From Octopus sinensis (Eukaryota), in the NCBI RefSeq assembly GCF_006345805.1, contig NC_043023.1, positions 4,650,001 through 4,714,000 of the forward strand: 64,000 bases of DNA. Direction: 5' to 3'. The position numbers and the translations under genes were made by a program. Below, in pieces: positions 1 through 13,510 of this stretch. Position 1 is the stretch's first letter; each line of letters opens with the position of its first letter. The notes beneath the pieces were generated by a model, which saw only the letters and a program-made list of their open reading frames with translations, did no database searches and was not told the origin of the DNA.

Positions 1-50
<50 letters not shown>

Positions 51-77
51 GTATATATATATACATACAAAATCAGG

Positions 78-470
78 GACAGGGGACATCCCTGACGCAC
101 TGAGCGCTTGATCCTGAATGGCTTTGAAAGGAAACCATTCACTTTTACAATGGACTCGATGTCACTGTACAACGCAGCAATCCAACCGCGGACGGTCAGG
201 CCCAGGCCAGCCTTCTCAAGGACCACCGCCTTAGACTAGTCTAAATGTACCTGTGCCCCCCTCCCGCGCCAGAAAGCTTCCCTACCCTCTCGAAGGAGTA
301 GTGTATAAGGTGGAGATTGTCGTGGATCATCCTGCACTTCCCTGACAAGAGGACCTGCGCCAACCTTTTCACTAGCACCTTGGCCAAAATCTTTAACTCA
401 TAAGGCAGACCATTGAGACCCGGCGACTACCTCGATCACTTCCTCAGCCCTTACCCACCATATTAGCTTG
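78..470 (-). mobile_element. L1/Tx1-clade LINE reverse transcriptase fragment
   Basis: Minus strand gives PGLNGLPYE..KILAKVLVKRL..GRMIHDNLHL..GWIAALYSDIESIVKVNGFLSKPFRIKRSVRQGCPL, with frameshifts and stops. Confidence 0.8.
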
Positions 471-504
471 ATCTTGGACTTTCAGATGCTTGAGTTTTTC
501 TAAA

Positions 505-650
505 ATTCATTGAATAGACAGACTTTCAGATCTGAAAAGGATGCAAAAATTCATCTGGAAGAATTTTTCCCCAATAAGGTCAAGAAATTATTTGAGCAAG
601 GAATAATGGATCTGTCCACAAAATAGCAGAAGTTGCTAGAAATTGTAATA
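505..650 (+). mobile_element. Mariner transposase C-terminal fragment
   Basis: LNRQTFRSEKDAKIHLEEFFPNKVKKLFEQGIMDLSTK*Q resembles the mariner C-terminus. Confidence 0.6.
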
Positions 651-679
651 TCATTACAGGTTGAACAAAGTTGGACATA

Positions 680-1316
680 AGAAGCATCAGATGTGGTGTG
701 CAAGAGAGATGACTGCACTGGGATGGTCATGTGTTGCATATGGATGAGGACAGCTGTGTCACACCCTAGCAGTAGAGGGAACCTTTGGAAGAGGTAGACC
801 CAGGAAGACTTGGGAGGAGGTGGTGAAGCATGACCTTCAAACATTGGCCCTCACCGAGGTGATGACAAGTGGCTGAGATATGCTGTGCTTGAGAAGACCT
901 GGCAAACCAAGTGAGACCAATGCAGCATAACCAGCCCACTTAATAGTACTCTTCAATCATTGGGCAATAAATTGCGCTTGTGAAGACCTGTTGAGGCAAG
1001 GGAAGTCATTGTCGTAGCTGATGACAAGTACCACCTGATTGGCACCTGAGTGGTTCTGTGCTGGTGGCATGTAAAAAGCACCATTTGAGCATGGTCAATG
1101 CCAGTGCCACCTAACTGATTCCCATGCCGGTGGCATGTAAAAAGCAGCCACTACACTCTCGGAGTGGGTGGCATTAGGAAGGGCATCCAGCTGTAGAAAC
1201 ATTGCCAGATCAGATTGGAGCCTGGTGCAGCCTCCTGGTTTGCCAGTCCCCAGTCAAACCGTCCAACCCATGCCTGCATGGAAAACGGATGTTAAACGAT
1301 GATGATGATGACGATG
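680..1316 (+). mobile_element. RTE-clade LINE 3' end with (GAT)n tail
   Basis: Encodes GHV..MDEDSCV..GRGRPRKTWEEVVKHDL, then the same 3' UTR as 22262-22880 and 44150-44692; ends gttaaacgatgatgatg. Confidence 0.8.
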
Positions 1317-1742
1317 TACAAATGCTTTCCTTCACCACCTTGCTATCAAATAGCTGGCCAGTCAAAATTTACTCCATATTTGAAAAGAAAAAGAGAACAT
1401 ATGCATTGATATACAACATAGTACAAGTGTAGAGGTAGCAGAGGCTGAAATGAACAATAAAAAGCCTTTGATGTATCAACAGCACTCCAGTCTGGTCACA
1501 TTGTAATGCCTGCACTTAGTAAAATAAAAGAATGCACTTGAATGAATCACTTATTGTCATTACTTGTATATTATATGCCTTGGGAAATCAGGGTAGAAAT
1601 CCATGAGAATGATATTGTGTCAGTCCTGAGATCAGCTCATTTAACAGTCATCAGCTCTCTCTCTCTTCTGTCATGTTCGCTGTCAGTAGTCAGTAAATAA
1701 ATACTGTGCTTTAACCTTGATCTTGTCTCTGTGTGCATGCGA

Positions 1743-1773
<31 letters not shown>

Positions 1774-2114
1774 TGTTATCAAGCCATTCACTGCCTTTAT
1801 ACACTGTGTATATGTTTGGACTGTTAATCATGTGTGTGTATGTATGTGTGTATGTGTGTACAAGTGTGAATATGTGTGCATGTGTATGTATATGAGTGTG
1901 TGTGTGTGTGTATGAATACATGTGTATTTGTTCATGTTTATAAGCATTTGTGTGTGTATGTGCATGTGTGCATGTGAATGTTTCTTATCAATACAATTAC
2001 TCCCCTCCCATCTCTATGTTAATGTTGGCCTACATAAGTACCCTGGGTATTCACTGTTTTTTTTTTTGCGTTGTCCCTGTGTGTCTTATCTCTTCACTAT
2101 TGGATTCTATCGGC

Positions 2115-2455
2115 TCTTTTATCTTTTACTTGTTTTGGTCATTAGACTGTGATCATGCTGGAGCACCGACTTGAAGAACTTTTAGTTGAATTAATTGCCC
2201 CTAGTACTCATTTCCTTTTTTTTTTAAAGCCTGATACTTATTCTATCAGGTCCTTTTACTGAACTGCTAAGTTACTGGAACATAAACACACCAACACCAG
2301 TTGACAAGTAGTGGTGGGGGGCAAACATGGACACAAAGACACACAAGCACATTATCGTTTATCTTTTACTTGTTTCAAGCATTAGACTGTGGCCATGCTG
2401 GGGCAATGCCTTGGAGAATTTTTAATTGAATGAATCAGTTCCAGTACTTATTTTT
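2115..2455 (-). mobile_element. Two 3' fragments of SINE family A
   Basis: Matches the reverse complement of the 3' end of full copies (..gctccagcatggcc..gactgaaacaagtaaaaga). Another fragment at 5395-5590. Confidence 0.7.
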
Positions 2456-2931
2456 TTTCTACTTTTTCTCTTGGTCTTTTGGTACTTTTTGGTTATCTCA
2501 CCCCCATTAAAAAATTGCCATTAAAAAACTGGGTTATCTCCCCACTAAAAAGTTGTGTTTATGTGGCAGCAGGAGATTGGATTAAGAGGGTCAGATCCTT
2601 TTGATTCCCTACTTCAACACATTGTAGATGTTTGGCCTCCTCAAAAGGAATGCTATGATTTGTTATAAAAATGTTATTAGATTCAACAAGATGTTTAATT
2701 TTTTCAGTTTTCATGTTTATTCATTTTTTTCAGTTTTGTATGATTTCTTATAAAAATATCAGATTCAAAACGATGTTTCATCTTTTCACTTTTCATCTAT
2801 AAAACCGTCCAAATCTTGTTTATTTTTATGTTTTTTTGTTTTTTTTATTATTAGTGTTGCTTAATATGTTTCAACAAAGTTGCTGTTTCTTTTCAGATAT
2901 CATCAGAAAAAGGTAATTAAAATTCATTAAA

Positions 2932-3080
2932 ATGACAGATCTATCAGACTTTCAAAGAGGTCAAATTGTTTGTGCTCATATAGCAGGCACTAGCATAATG
3001 AAAACAGCCGAAATGTTTGGTGTATCAAGAAGTACTGTCTTGAAAGTAATGAGAGCCTTTGAGAAAGAGAGAAGAACCCC
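2932..3080 (+). mobile_element. Tc1 transposase N-terminal HTH fragment
   Basis: MTDLSDFQRGQIVCAHIAGTSIMKTAEMFGVSRSTVLKVMRAFEKE. Confidence 0.75.
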
Positions 3081-4035
3081 ATCGAAACAAGACTGATTAA
3101 AAAATATAAACCAAAGCTGAATATCCTTTAGAAAGAAGAAAAGCAGTAAAAAGAAAAGAAAAATGACTCAATTTCAACACAAAAACAACCAGGAACAACA
3201 AAAAAATTTTTTTTTTTAAACTTTAGTAACAATCTTCTACCTAGGTTCCAAGACACAACTTCGAATCACCATACAAACACCAGTTGCCGATGTCACCCAC
3301 CTCCAATCCAATAAAATTCTACAAACACCAGTTGTTGACGTCACTCCAGACCAATCAAAACTGAACTTCAGCGAATACAACGAAATGACCCTCTAAGAGA
3401 ACCAACCAATCGGAATGACTTATGACAACAAGGAAACCAACCAAGCAGAACAACAAGCTTGACCAGGAAAGGAAACATCACCAGTATTTTTAACAAATCA
3501 AAAATCAGATCCTCTTGCAGAAAAAAATTATAAATTCATCTGATCCAAAACATACCATTACAAGCAAAATCTTGCATTAGAAGAGGATCAGAGAAACTCT
3601 AAACCAAATTCCCTTTTTTTTACTATTTTCATTTCACACTTTTTTTTTCAGTGTGACTTTTTGACCACCATTAAAATTAATTAACTTTGTACATTCAAAC
3701 AAATTAATTTTGACTGCTATGAACATTCAAACCTTCTGTTTTGAACATGTTAATTTGTTAACATTAAAACATTTGAAGATGTTTTTCTAATTTTAAACTT
3801 TTACCATTGATAGACAAAAAAAATATTGTTGAAACTAGTTTGGTATATATGTAAATAAACATATTTTAAACATTTACAAGTTTTTGAAACTTAGGTGCAT
3901 TTTCAACAACACATTTTCCTATATTTTTTCCTGTGTGGAAACACCACCCCCTGTTTTGTTATATATATATATAATGAAATGATAACAAAATAACAGGATA
4001 TCAAAATGATATTGAAGCATAGAATATGATAGATA

Positions 4036-4783
4036 TGTAGCGAATCCTGCAAGCATGAAGTGGATTCAATCCACCATAGCCAAATTTAAATCAACACTGC
4101 TACAGAACTTTTCCCACGATGGAACAATGGTTTTTCTCTGACAGCAGTTTTACATTTCCCAGATGCCATTAGCTAGGCCCGATACAATGTCTTCATCACT
4201 TGACCCTTCCTAACCTCTTCTACTATCCAAAAGCTAGATAGCAAGACCACCAACTAAATCTATTGTTCTCAATGATATATCTATCCTTCTGGATCTTAAT
4301 ATAAGCAAGCACATCCCAAGCAAAAATCAGTCAGTAACTTGTGGGCAACTGAACAAGGCATTTCGTGATGACTCAATTAGTAAGGAAAGGACTGCTAGCA
4401 TTTAATGGTCAGAGAGAGAAATTAAAATTCCTACCAGCAACTTCAGACAATGTCCCACACTCTCTCACTCTCACTAGCTCGAACTCTGTTCTTACAACAT
4501 CATTCTATCTCTCTCAGCAATTACTAGTAACAAAGGGAATCCAAACCAAATATTCTACTGCATCTAACTTTTGCATGCTTTTGGATTTATCAACCTGCCC
4601 GTCGAGGCTTGGTATTGTAACGTAACGGTAAATAAACATTTCTTTAAAACTTCATGCATTGTTCATCTTACACTTGCCGTTTTAATAACAAACTCTTATC
4701 GTCACAACTGCTGACTCCAACATTCCATCATAATATTGTGTACCAAATCAAATATCTACCATTACAATCATTGCCCCGTTACA
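4036..4783 (+). mobile_element. Solo LTR (Gypsy-type), copy 1
   Basis: TGTAG...GTTACA termini, 4-bp TSD GATA (4032-4035 / 4784-4787), internal AATAAA. Homologous to 52048-52721. Confidence 0.8.
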
Positions 4784-4794
4784 GATATATTACC

Positions 4795-5190
4795 AGTGTA
4801 GATAGATGGGGTGATAGAGACAGGTGGTTAGGTAGATAGAAGGGTATAGAGCTTGCTTGGTAAGCTAGGCAGGTGGATTAGTATAAGATAGATGGATTGA
4901 TAGTTATTTAGATAGATTGGTAAATATAATGTCAAATAGACAGATAGATGGGAAGGTAGATAGACAGACAGACAGATAGATAGATAAATGGGGTTTCATG
5001 TATGTAGAGAGATAGGTAGATATGTAGGTAGGTATTTATGTAGGTAGGTAGATAGAAAAAGTTCCTTAGACAGAAAGAACGAAGGCAGGAAATGAGAGAG
5101 AGAAAGAGAGAGAGGTCAGAGTAGATAGGATAAGTGGACAGGACAGTAAGGATAATAGACATTTAATGGTATGACAATGATAGACTAAAA
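4795..5190. repeat. Degenerate (GATA)n / purine-rich low-complexity tract
   Basis: Direct inspection. Confidence 0.8.
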
Positions 5191-5984
5191 CAGTGAAGTG
5201 GAATCTTGTCCCTCCATAAATTAAGTTTCCAGGTCAATCAAGATACACATACATGTGGTGGTGGTGGAGGTGGTGCTTCTTGTTATGTTGCTAGTTTTAG
5301 GTCAAACCTCAACCAACAGAACTATGACAGAAGGCATTCCAGTAATGACCATCCTGTACGAATGCGCAAAATCATTAATGAGAACAATGCATAGTCTTTT
5401 ATCTTTTACCTGCTTCAGTCATTGGATTGCAGCCATGCTGGGGCACTACCTTGAGGAGTTTATTTGTGTTTGACTGAATCTACTTAAGAGCATTTTTGAA
5501 AAGCTTCAGTACTAATCGTGTCATTCTCTTTTGTTGAACCACTAAGTTATAAGAATGTAAACAACAGACCAACACTGGTTGTTAGCTGTGGTGTTCTTAT
5601 TTACATTGACCTTGAAATTATTTTTTAAAGATCTTAATGAGTTTGCAGGACAATAATGTCTGTGGCTATAATTCTCGTTTACTTGGTGTGACATGCAAGA
5701 CAGAAATGGCTCCAACATTTTGAAGAAAAATATTTTCTATATCTTCCAAATAGTGCAGATCTGGAAGATCGATATCGATATCTGGTCGAAAATGAACCTT
5801 TTTAACATACCTTTACAGGTGTATAGTCAATCTTCTGGACATACTAAATGTTTTCGAAAGCCTGTTCTTTGCCAGGAATCAAAACCCTAGCCTGGATTTT
5901 TCTACCAGATCCTTTTTATTGTTCTCAGCATTTGCACTTATAAATTTATGAAGGTCAACAGTCAGTATTAAAAATAAGAATGAT

Positions 5985-8235
5985 AAAATCAGGATGTGTG
6001 CCAATTTTTCCGCTGGCTTCAATGAATGTCTGAAAACATGTCACTATCCATTACCTACTCTGGATAATATTTTTGTGAATTTAAATGGGGGTAAGATATT
6101 TTCGAAACTGAATCTCTTTGATGAGTACCGACAAATTAGAGTAGATGAGGAATGCTCACAATGCCTAACAGTGAATATGCATAAAGGACTATATAAATAT
6201 AAGATTACCATTTGGTATAAAGGTCACACCAGCAATTTTTCAACAAGTTATGGATGCAATATTAGCAAACTGAATTCGAAATTCCATACCTTGATGATAT
6301 ATTCATTAAAAGTAAATCTCATAATCAGCATGTTGAACATGTAAAATGTGTTTTTGAAAAGTTAAGAGATTATGGTTTCACACTGAGTGAGGGAAAATGT
6401 GAATTTTTCTTACCTAAAATCAAGTATTTAGGACAAATTATTGACAGGAATGGATGACAATGTCGAGGACAGATGTGATTAAAAATATGCCACCTCCAAC
6501 TAATATAATGACCTTACAAGCTTTTCTAGGTCTAGTGAATTATTATCAAAATTATATACCAAATATGCATGAATCGAGAGCTCCACTAATTTGCTAAAAA
6601 AGTATGTGAAGTAGAATTGGTCAAATAATTGTCAAAAGGTGTTTGATAATATTAAAAAGATATTAATAAGGGATATGTCACTGAATATGGCATAGGAGCA
6701 ATAATGCTACACAAATATAAAAAACAGTGATATGAAGGCGGTGGTTCATGCCTCATGTTTCCTGATAGTGGTAGAAAAAAATTATAGTCAAATAGAGAAA
6801 GAAGCTCATTTTTGCCATGAAGAAATTTCACTGATTTTTGCATGGTAGAAGTTTTTGGCTACAAACTGATCACCAAACATTATTATTAATTTTGGGGGTC
6901 AAAGAAAGGAATTCCTACCCATACTGCAAATAGGTTACAATGCTGGAGTACGATATTGTTGAAGTATGACTTTAAGATGGAGTATATACCATCCAAGAGG
7001 TTAGGCCCTGTGGATTGTTTATCAAGGCTAATTCCAAAATGGACAGAACTATTTGAAGATACTGTGATTGCCACATTGTGAGCAGAAAATGCGATAAAAA
7101 AACCATTTTGTGTAAGTCATTTGGGAGCTGCCAGTAACTGTTCAAGTTATAAAATTAAAATTGGAGAATGACAAATTCATTGCAAAGATGAAAGAAACAT
7201 TGAAGGTAAAAGAAAAGAAAAATATACATAACACAAATGCAAACCATTTTTCTCTGTGTGATGAGGTGTTGATGTATGCACAAAGAGTTGTAGTGGCAGC
7301 CATGTATTAAGTGAATTTCATATGGGCCACACAGGGATTTCAAGGATGAAATCAGTAATGAGGAGTTATGTGTATTGGCCTACTATGGACTGTGCTATTG
7401 AACAATTGATGAAATCCTGCAGAGTTTGTGCTCTCACAGCAAAGTCACTACCAGTGAAATTCCAATTGTTGCCTAAGACAGACAGTCTGTGGTCCAGGTT
7501 ACATATAGATTTTGCTGGACCAGTAAACGGTGTGTATTATCTGATCATAGTAGACAGTTATACCAAGTGGCCAGAGATAATTAACTGCAATCAACCAACC
7601 TAAAAATTAACAATAAGTTTACTTCATGAACTTTTTGTGTGATGTGGTGTCCCAGACACCATAGTATCAGATAACAGAACTCAGTTTTCGGGATATGAAT
7701 TTTAAAATTTCTGTAAGAATTATGCAGTAAATCACATCTCTACTCTGCCTTACTACCCGAGATCGAATGGGCAAGCAGAAAGGTTTGTAGATGCATTTAA
7801 GCAAACACTAAAAAAATCAGGAAATGAATTAGGCAATGATGCAGCACTAACTCAATTCTTAAGGGTTTACAGGGTAACACCTAACCTGAACACCCATTCA
7901 GGGCTAATGTTTGCCCACAGAGCTAATGTTTGCCTGGAAGATAAAATCAATTTTTGATAATTGTTATCTACAAAAGAAATTATAGGGAAAACTCAAGAAA
8001 CACAACAAAGTATTTTAATGTGGGAGATAAATTTCATTTCAAAATATATAAGAATGGGAGACAAGGTTGGGAGGGTGGTATAGTGACGAATAGAATAGGC
8101 AGTATGATGTACATAATAGAAGGTCAAATAGGAGAGCACAAGCAAGATTTGAACCAGTTGAAGGGTAGACATACTGAAGAAAGAGAAGAAATACCAACGG
8201 AAGTTTGTTATGACTTGTTCAATGTTCATTCAACA
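5985..8235 (+). mobile_element. Degenerate Ty3/Gypsy pol (RT-RNaseH-integrase) relic
   Basis: YPLPTLDNIFVNLNGGKIFSKL (RT), LQTDHQTLL..NRLQCW (RNaseH), GHTGISRMKSVMRSYVYWPTMD..WSRLHIDFAGP (integrase); many stops and frameshifts; no flanking LTR seen. Confidence 0.9.
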
Positions 8236-9869
8236 TGTATAAATATAAACCCTCTCAGAATATTAGGGGACAGTCATTTTCACTTTCAGGTTCCACACAT
8301 CTTTCTATTTCTAGAAAACACCCTCTTCCTAACATCTGCACAGATGCAGTTGTTACCAGAGGTGCACAAGCCTTGTCATTGCTCTTACCCTGTAAAACAG
8401 CCAACTACTTCAGCCTTTTCTATACAAACCATAAAGTTGAATTCACAGGAAAATAAAATTTGTAAGAAATAACGTTTTTCTGCCAGTTGATTTTTATGGT
8501 GCATGTTACACTGTCTCATGAAGATTAAATAATCCAATCTTAACATAATCAGTTACACGTCTATAATGCTGTTATGATGACCCTTCATGAGTCTTTTCCT
8601 AAAACAAGACCATTTCTGCTAGGTCTTCAGACATAGTTTTCAACTTTGTTTTCACATACCTACCTTATCTCTTCCTCTTGCTTTCCCTGAAGAGAAGCTG
8701 CTCTGTTCTCTTCATGACCTTGTGTATCCCATTGCCAAACATATTCTACCATCTCACAGTAATATCTCAGAGAATTCTCAACCCAGACCTTTCTGTGACT
8801 TCTTTATTCTAGATGTGGTTACATCAGGAAATCCTTAGCATGGTCTGAGGGGAATGCCAGTGAGAAACATTTACTGTTCTATGAATCCTGCTGGTCTTTT
8901 TCTTTTATATGTCTTACTAGGTTAAGTTGTCATGAGAAAGATTGTGTATTTTAATGTAAGATCAGCTTGAACAGATTTTATTAAGAGAATGTTAGGTATG
9001 TACATATATATAAATTATCAAATCCTCACTGGTTACAAGAATAGTATCTAGGAATTGATTGAACTGTATTTGTTTGGCCAATTTCTCTCTAGAAAAGGAA
9101 AGACAAAAGATATGAGACTGCCACAAATTATGGGTTTTTTTCTTTAGTCTGTCATGTAAGAGCAAAGATCTGTCTTCCTTAAATGCCAACATCACTCTGC
9201 TGTGATTTACGTACCAAACTGGTTAACTAAGGAGAAAGGACACGAATCTCAAGAACATTCTAAATGCTGTTTATGGCATAGTTTCAGGGTCATTGGACGA
9301 TTTTTAGGTTGATCGCATGAAACTCATATGATCCAATTGCAGCTTACTCATGATCGTGAACTGATAATTTTGCAGTTGGGATTGAAATCCCTACAAATGT
9401 AATATGAACTGAGGTTCACTGCATGGTTATCCACTCCTGGACGACTCCTGTTCTTTTCGTAAATGTTCATTGACCACTATGGATAAGGAGAACAATGAAG
9501 AACACTTAGCAGGGACAGACAACAGTTATTCCATGCCACTTGTAGCAGCTTTGAGCTCCTTTCTGGTGCAATGCTGCTAGTATTCTGCCACTTTGGCCTC
9601 GATGACTTCCTCTTCAGGTAGTGGGTAGTGACCTCTATCATCAACAAATCAAAAGAAAGAGTTCCTCAAAGAAATCTCTCCAACACTGAAGGCACTTGTC
9701 CAGCAACCATACAAACAGGCCATCAGCTTTCCTGTTTCCACCAGCTGACTTGGTCTTTTCATTTGACCAGCAAAGTATGAGATAGAGCAGATACCATCTT
9801 ATTCCAGTATTCTTCCATTTCCGATTTCATCCTCTGACAAACTTCTTGATTTGTGGTACCAGCGACCCA

Positions 9870-10131
9870 CACACTGGAGAATCCAGTGCAGTGCACCAAA
9901 AAAGACATGGGTGAAGTAAATTGAGCAGAACCTGAAGTTTCAGGGCCTCAACCTCAAACATGCTAAGAGCAAAACCATTGATTAGAAAGCATTGGATAAC
10001 ATCATCACAAGAAGAAGAGGAAGAAGAATAAGAAGAAGGAGGAGGAGGAGGAGGAGGAGGAGGAGGAGGAGGAGAAGAAGAAGAAGAAGAAGAAGAAGAA
10101 GAAGAAGAAGAAGAAGAAGAAGAAGAAGAAG

Positions 10132-10162
<31 letters not shown>
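9870..10162 (+). mobile_element. RTE-like LINE 3' end with expanded (GAA/GGA)n tail
   Basis: APKKTWVK*IEQNLKFQGLNL..IDRKHW motif runs directly into a 150-bp GAA/GGA repeat. Confidence 0.6.
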
Positions 10163-11835
10163 GGCCTGAATCATGACTACAGGACTTGAAATACCTACTT
10201 TTAAACGAGCCTCAGGCTGAACTAGTTGCAGTTGACATTACCTGGAATGGATTCCTCGCCAGAGTTAGTTTCCACCACCCTCGAATTCAAAATTTTGGTT
10301 GGTGTCCAGTATAACCGGTTCCTGGTCTGTCCTGAGAAAGAAGGAGAAATGGAGCACAGGATTCAAGTTCATTATAGAAACAGCAGAGATATTCAGTCTG
10401 TGTTGGTTATTGCCACAGAGTTTGCATTGTGCAACTGTCATGCTAGAGCTTACTATTGTACGCTGGCATAATTATGACTCGAAAACAAATAGACAAACTT
10501 TAGATTATTTCTCAACAATTAGACTTCAACTTGATGTAGTCTTTGTATGTTTGTATTATTAGATCTGAAAACAAAGGATGTCTGGTTCATATCATGACAT
10601 TGCAATAACAGAATTATTATAAAGAATATTTTGCAATCTTTCTTGAATCTCACATACGCACGCACACACGCGCACACACACACACACACACAAACACATT
10701 AATCAAAGCATACATATTATAGATCCATTACAGCCAATCTTCTTTCCAATCAGTTTCACAATGGATGTTAGGTAATGATATGGTTATCTAATACATGTGC
10801 AAGGATGGTGTGGTGTATGCGAGAGATTCGAAATAAGGCACCTACCTTCTCTTCGCTCAGATGGAGACCCTTCAGCAGGAATGGATCCTTCAACACAGCC
10901 TGATCCGAACGCTAGAAATAGCAGCTGCTTCTCCCAACCTTAACAACATGCTGACGCCGTCTTACCCACTCGGCGACCTGCCTCGAAAAGGCAGAATCCT
11001 ACCCTCGCTACGCGCGTATCATTGCTGCCCCTTCCAGTCAGCCCCAAGTTCCGGTCAGCTCCCCAGCTGCTGACGTCATCCCACAGATGGCAGGGATGGA
11101 AACAATATGGCAACTGCTCTCTGTTACTGGCAGTGAAGAAGTGTCACCTTCAGTTGATGAGTGCTGTAAAAAGGATGAAACAAAGTAGCGGAGACAATTA
11201 TGTGAAGGATTATTGAGAGTTATGTTCCTAGGTCCCACAAAAAATAAGTGAGTTGTGATATAGCAAAAGCCTGGTGGATAAATATATGTAGGGGATGAAA
11301 GGGTTGGTATTTGCGTAGGGGATGCAGAGGGAGAATAAGATAGGTACCCAAATCTTTAACCCTGCATTTGGATGCATATATATATTTGTGTCCATGTGTA
11401 TATGGCTTGGTCAAAATCTTGCCGGGCAGTCCTAGCATTCATAATTATGGTAAGGTCTGTAAGTAAGCCAACATGTACTTTCTCTCATTTGGGCACAGGC
11501 TGAACATCTCACTTCTGCAGTTTAAGTAGGTGGAGAAACATATATATAGCACTTTTGGCTGCTATTAAAATAAGGCTTGCAATTCTCTAAGATTTTGTAC
11601 TTAAATTGTAATCCATGGTGCTTTTCCTTCAACGACAATACATGCTCAGCCAGGGCTGTGATATTTTTGTCACTTTTGGATATTAAAGGAGGATTTGTTG
11701 TTGTTAAATCTGGTTCTGAAATAACCTTCTGTTGTGCCCATATATTTCTGCATGTCTAACTACCCCCTGGGGTCCTTTGATGTTACCTCTGCTTTGTATA
11801 CAACTACCTCTATGTTGCAATATCATTAAGGGCAA

Positions 11836-12030
11836 AGGCAGCAAGCTGGCAGAAACGTTAGCACGCTGGGCAAAATGCTTACTGGTATTTCATCTGTCTT
11901 TACATTCTGAGTTCAAATTCTGCCAAGGTCAACTTTGCCTTTCATCCTTTCAGGGTTGATAAATTACATACCAGTTGTGTACAGAGGTCAATCTAATTTT
12001 GGGCCTTGTTCCTAGAGTAGAAAAGAATAT
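11836..12030 (+). mobile_element. SINE family B
   Basis: ggcaagctggcagaaacgttagcac..ttctgagttcaaattc..tttgcctttcatcctttc. Other copies at 15530-15669(-), 17941-18108(+), 40255-40335(+) and in the 42020-43875 array. Confidence 0.75.
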
Positions 12031-12805
12031 TAAGGGCACATGTGGTGCTGCCTCTGCTTGAGCGACATTATTCTGTCTCAGGTGTGGGCCTACCTACCAA
12101 AATTTTCACAATATCAACAAGGTAATCACATTGTTAAAAACCAGTAGTGGCAAGGGTTACCCAATTCAATATAGTGGACTTTTACCCATTTTTTACTCAG
12201 GGAAATTTTTATATAGTAGTAGTATGGGGGAATGCGCTGCAACAGCATGTTGCTACATCCACAATTTGTTGATGGTGGATGACACCTCTGCACCATTTGG
12301 GTTAATGAACGCTATTAAATTTACATCTAATATAGGATAAAATTTTCGAAAAAAATTCTATCAATGGCCAGCATATTAAAAAATACCTTCGAAGGTTAAA
12401 TTTATAAACAAGGGCAAAAGAAAAAAATTCTAATGTCAAATATGCCGAAAATATGCTTACTTCGAGACACATGCTTATAGTGATAAATTATATGGTTATT
12501 GACAATTTGTCTATTTTTGGCATATTTGGCATTAGAAAGGGAGAGATGGCCACTGGTCATGTGTGAACAATGAGAGAATCAAGGAGGAAGAGTGAGGGAG
12601 AGAGAGGAGAGAAAGAGAATGGTGAAGGGAGGAGGAGAAGAAAGACAAATAGAAAGAGGAATAAAGGGGGAGAAAAGAGATATTTGTAGAGTGCACATGA
12701 GAATTAAGATAACACTTACTTGGAAATGGATGCGTGGCGTTTGATTATATAATAATATAAATAATATATATATATATTTTATTATATATATATATATATA
12801 TATAT

Positions 12806-12846
12806 ACTAGCATTATGGCCCGTTGTTGCCGGGTCATAGTGCTAGT
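12806..12846. repeat. 41-bp hairpin embedded in (TA)n
   Basis: actagcattatggcccg / cgggtcatagtgctagt: 17-bp stem with 2 wobbles, 7-nt loop. Confidence 0.8.
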
Positions 12847-12954
12847 GCATGTATATATATGTGTACATATTACATGTACATCTATATATATACATCTACA
12901 CATAAAATACAAAATACAAAGTTATATCTTGATATCGCTAATGATAACAATACT

Positions 12955-13510
12955 CAAAATATATAACAGACTGGAATTGTAGGCCTGTCTCTTGTAATTT
13001 CGATCAATTGTATCTTGTCCTCCCTCTTGTATAGAAGTGTGGTTACAATCCAGCCTACCTCTACTTCTGGGGGAACATTTTAAATTTTTATCCAGGACAT
13101 CCTACGTCCCAGATATAAAGGTAAAAATCTAATATTTCCACTTTGCAAGGTTCAAGTTGAGTACTCCCTTGCATGCTCCGTTGACTTGAACCTTGCTTCT
13201 ATTGTGGCAAATTTACCGCCTCTGGTTAGATATCTTTCATAGTTGCACCAAGACACTTTTCGATGTTGCTTTCCTCCACGTGTTCAAATCTTTTTTTTCT
13301 CTACATTGTATACTTTATAGACAATAGTCTTTTCTTTAATTTAATTTTTTATTTCATTTGGTGGTGTTATCCTAGATTCATTGTCTTTGTCGGTGATCAA
13401 TCCGAAATAGGTTTGCATTTCTTTCATTTTAATCTTAATGAGTCGCGCCCGCCGACGGCTGCAGCGAAATTCATTTTTGGACTTTCTTCTATCGAAGGCA
13501 TTCTAACAAA
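12955..13510 (-). mobile_element. Probable LINE ORF1 (Tx1/L1-like) N-terminal fragment
   Basis: MPSIEESPKMNFAAAVGG..EKTIVYKVYNVEK..YLTRGGKFATIEARFKSTEHAREYS..FLPLYLGRR..VPPEVEVGWIV with stops. Family assignment is from recalled similarity only. Confidence 0.45.

Noticed and set aside
5820-5950. Strong-looking acceptor (ttttaacatacctttacag|) as an exon of another gene
   Set aside because: All frames stop within about 130 nt, no donor was found, and there is no recognisable protein.
9827-10189. Poly-Ser / poly-Arg ORFs
   Set aside because: (GAA/GGA)n tail of an RTE-like LINE.
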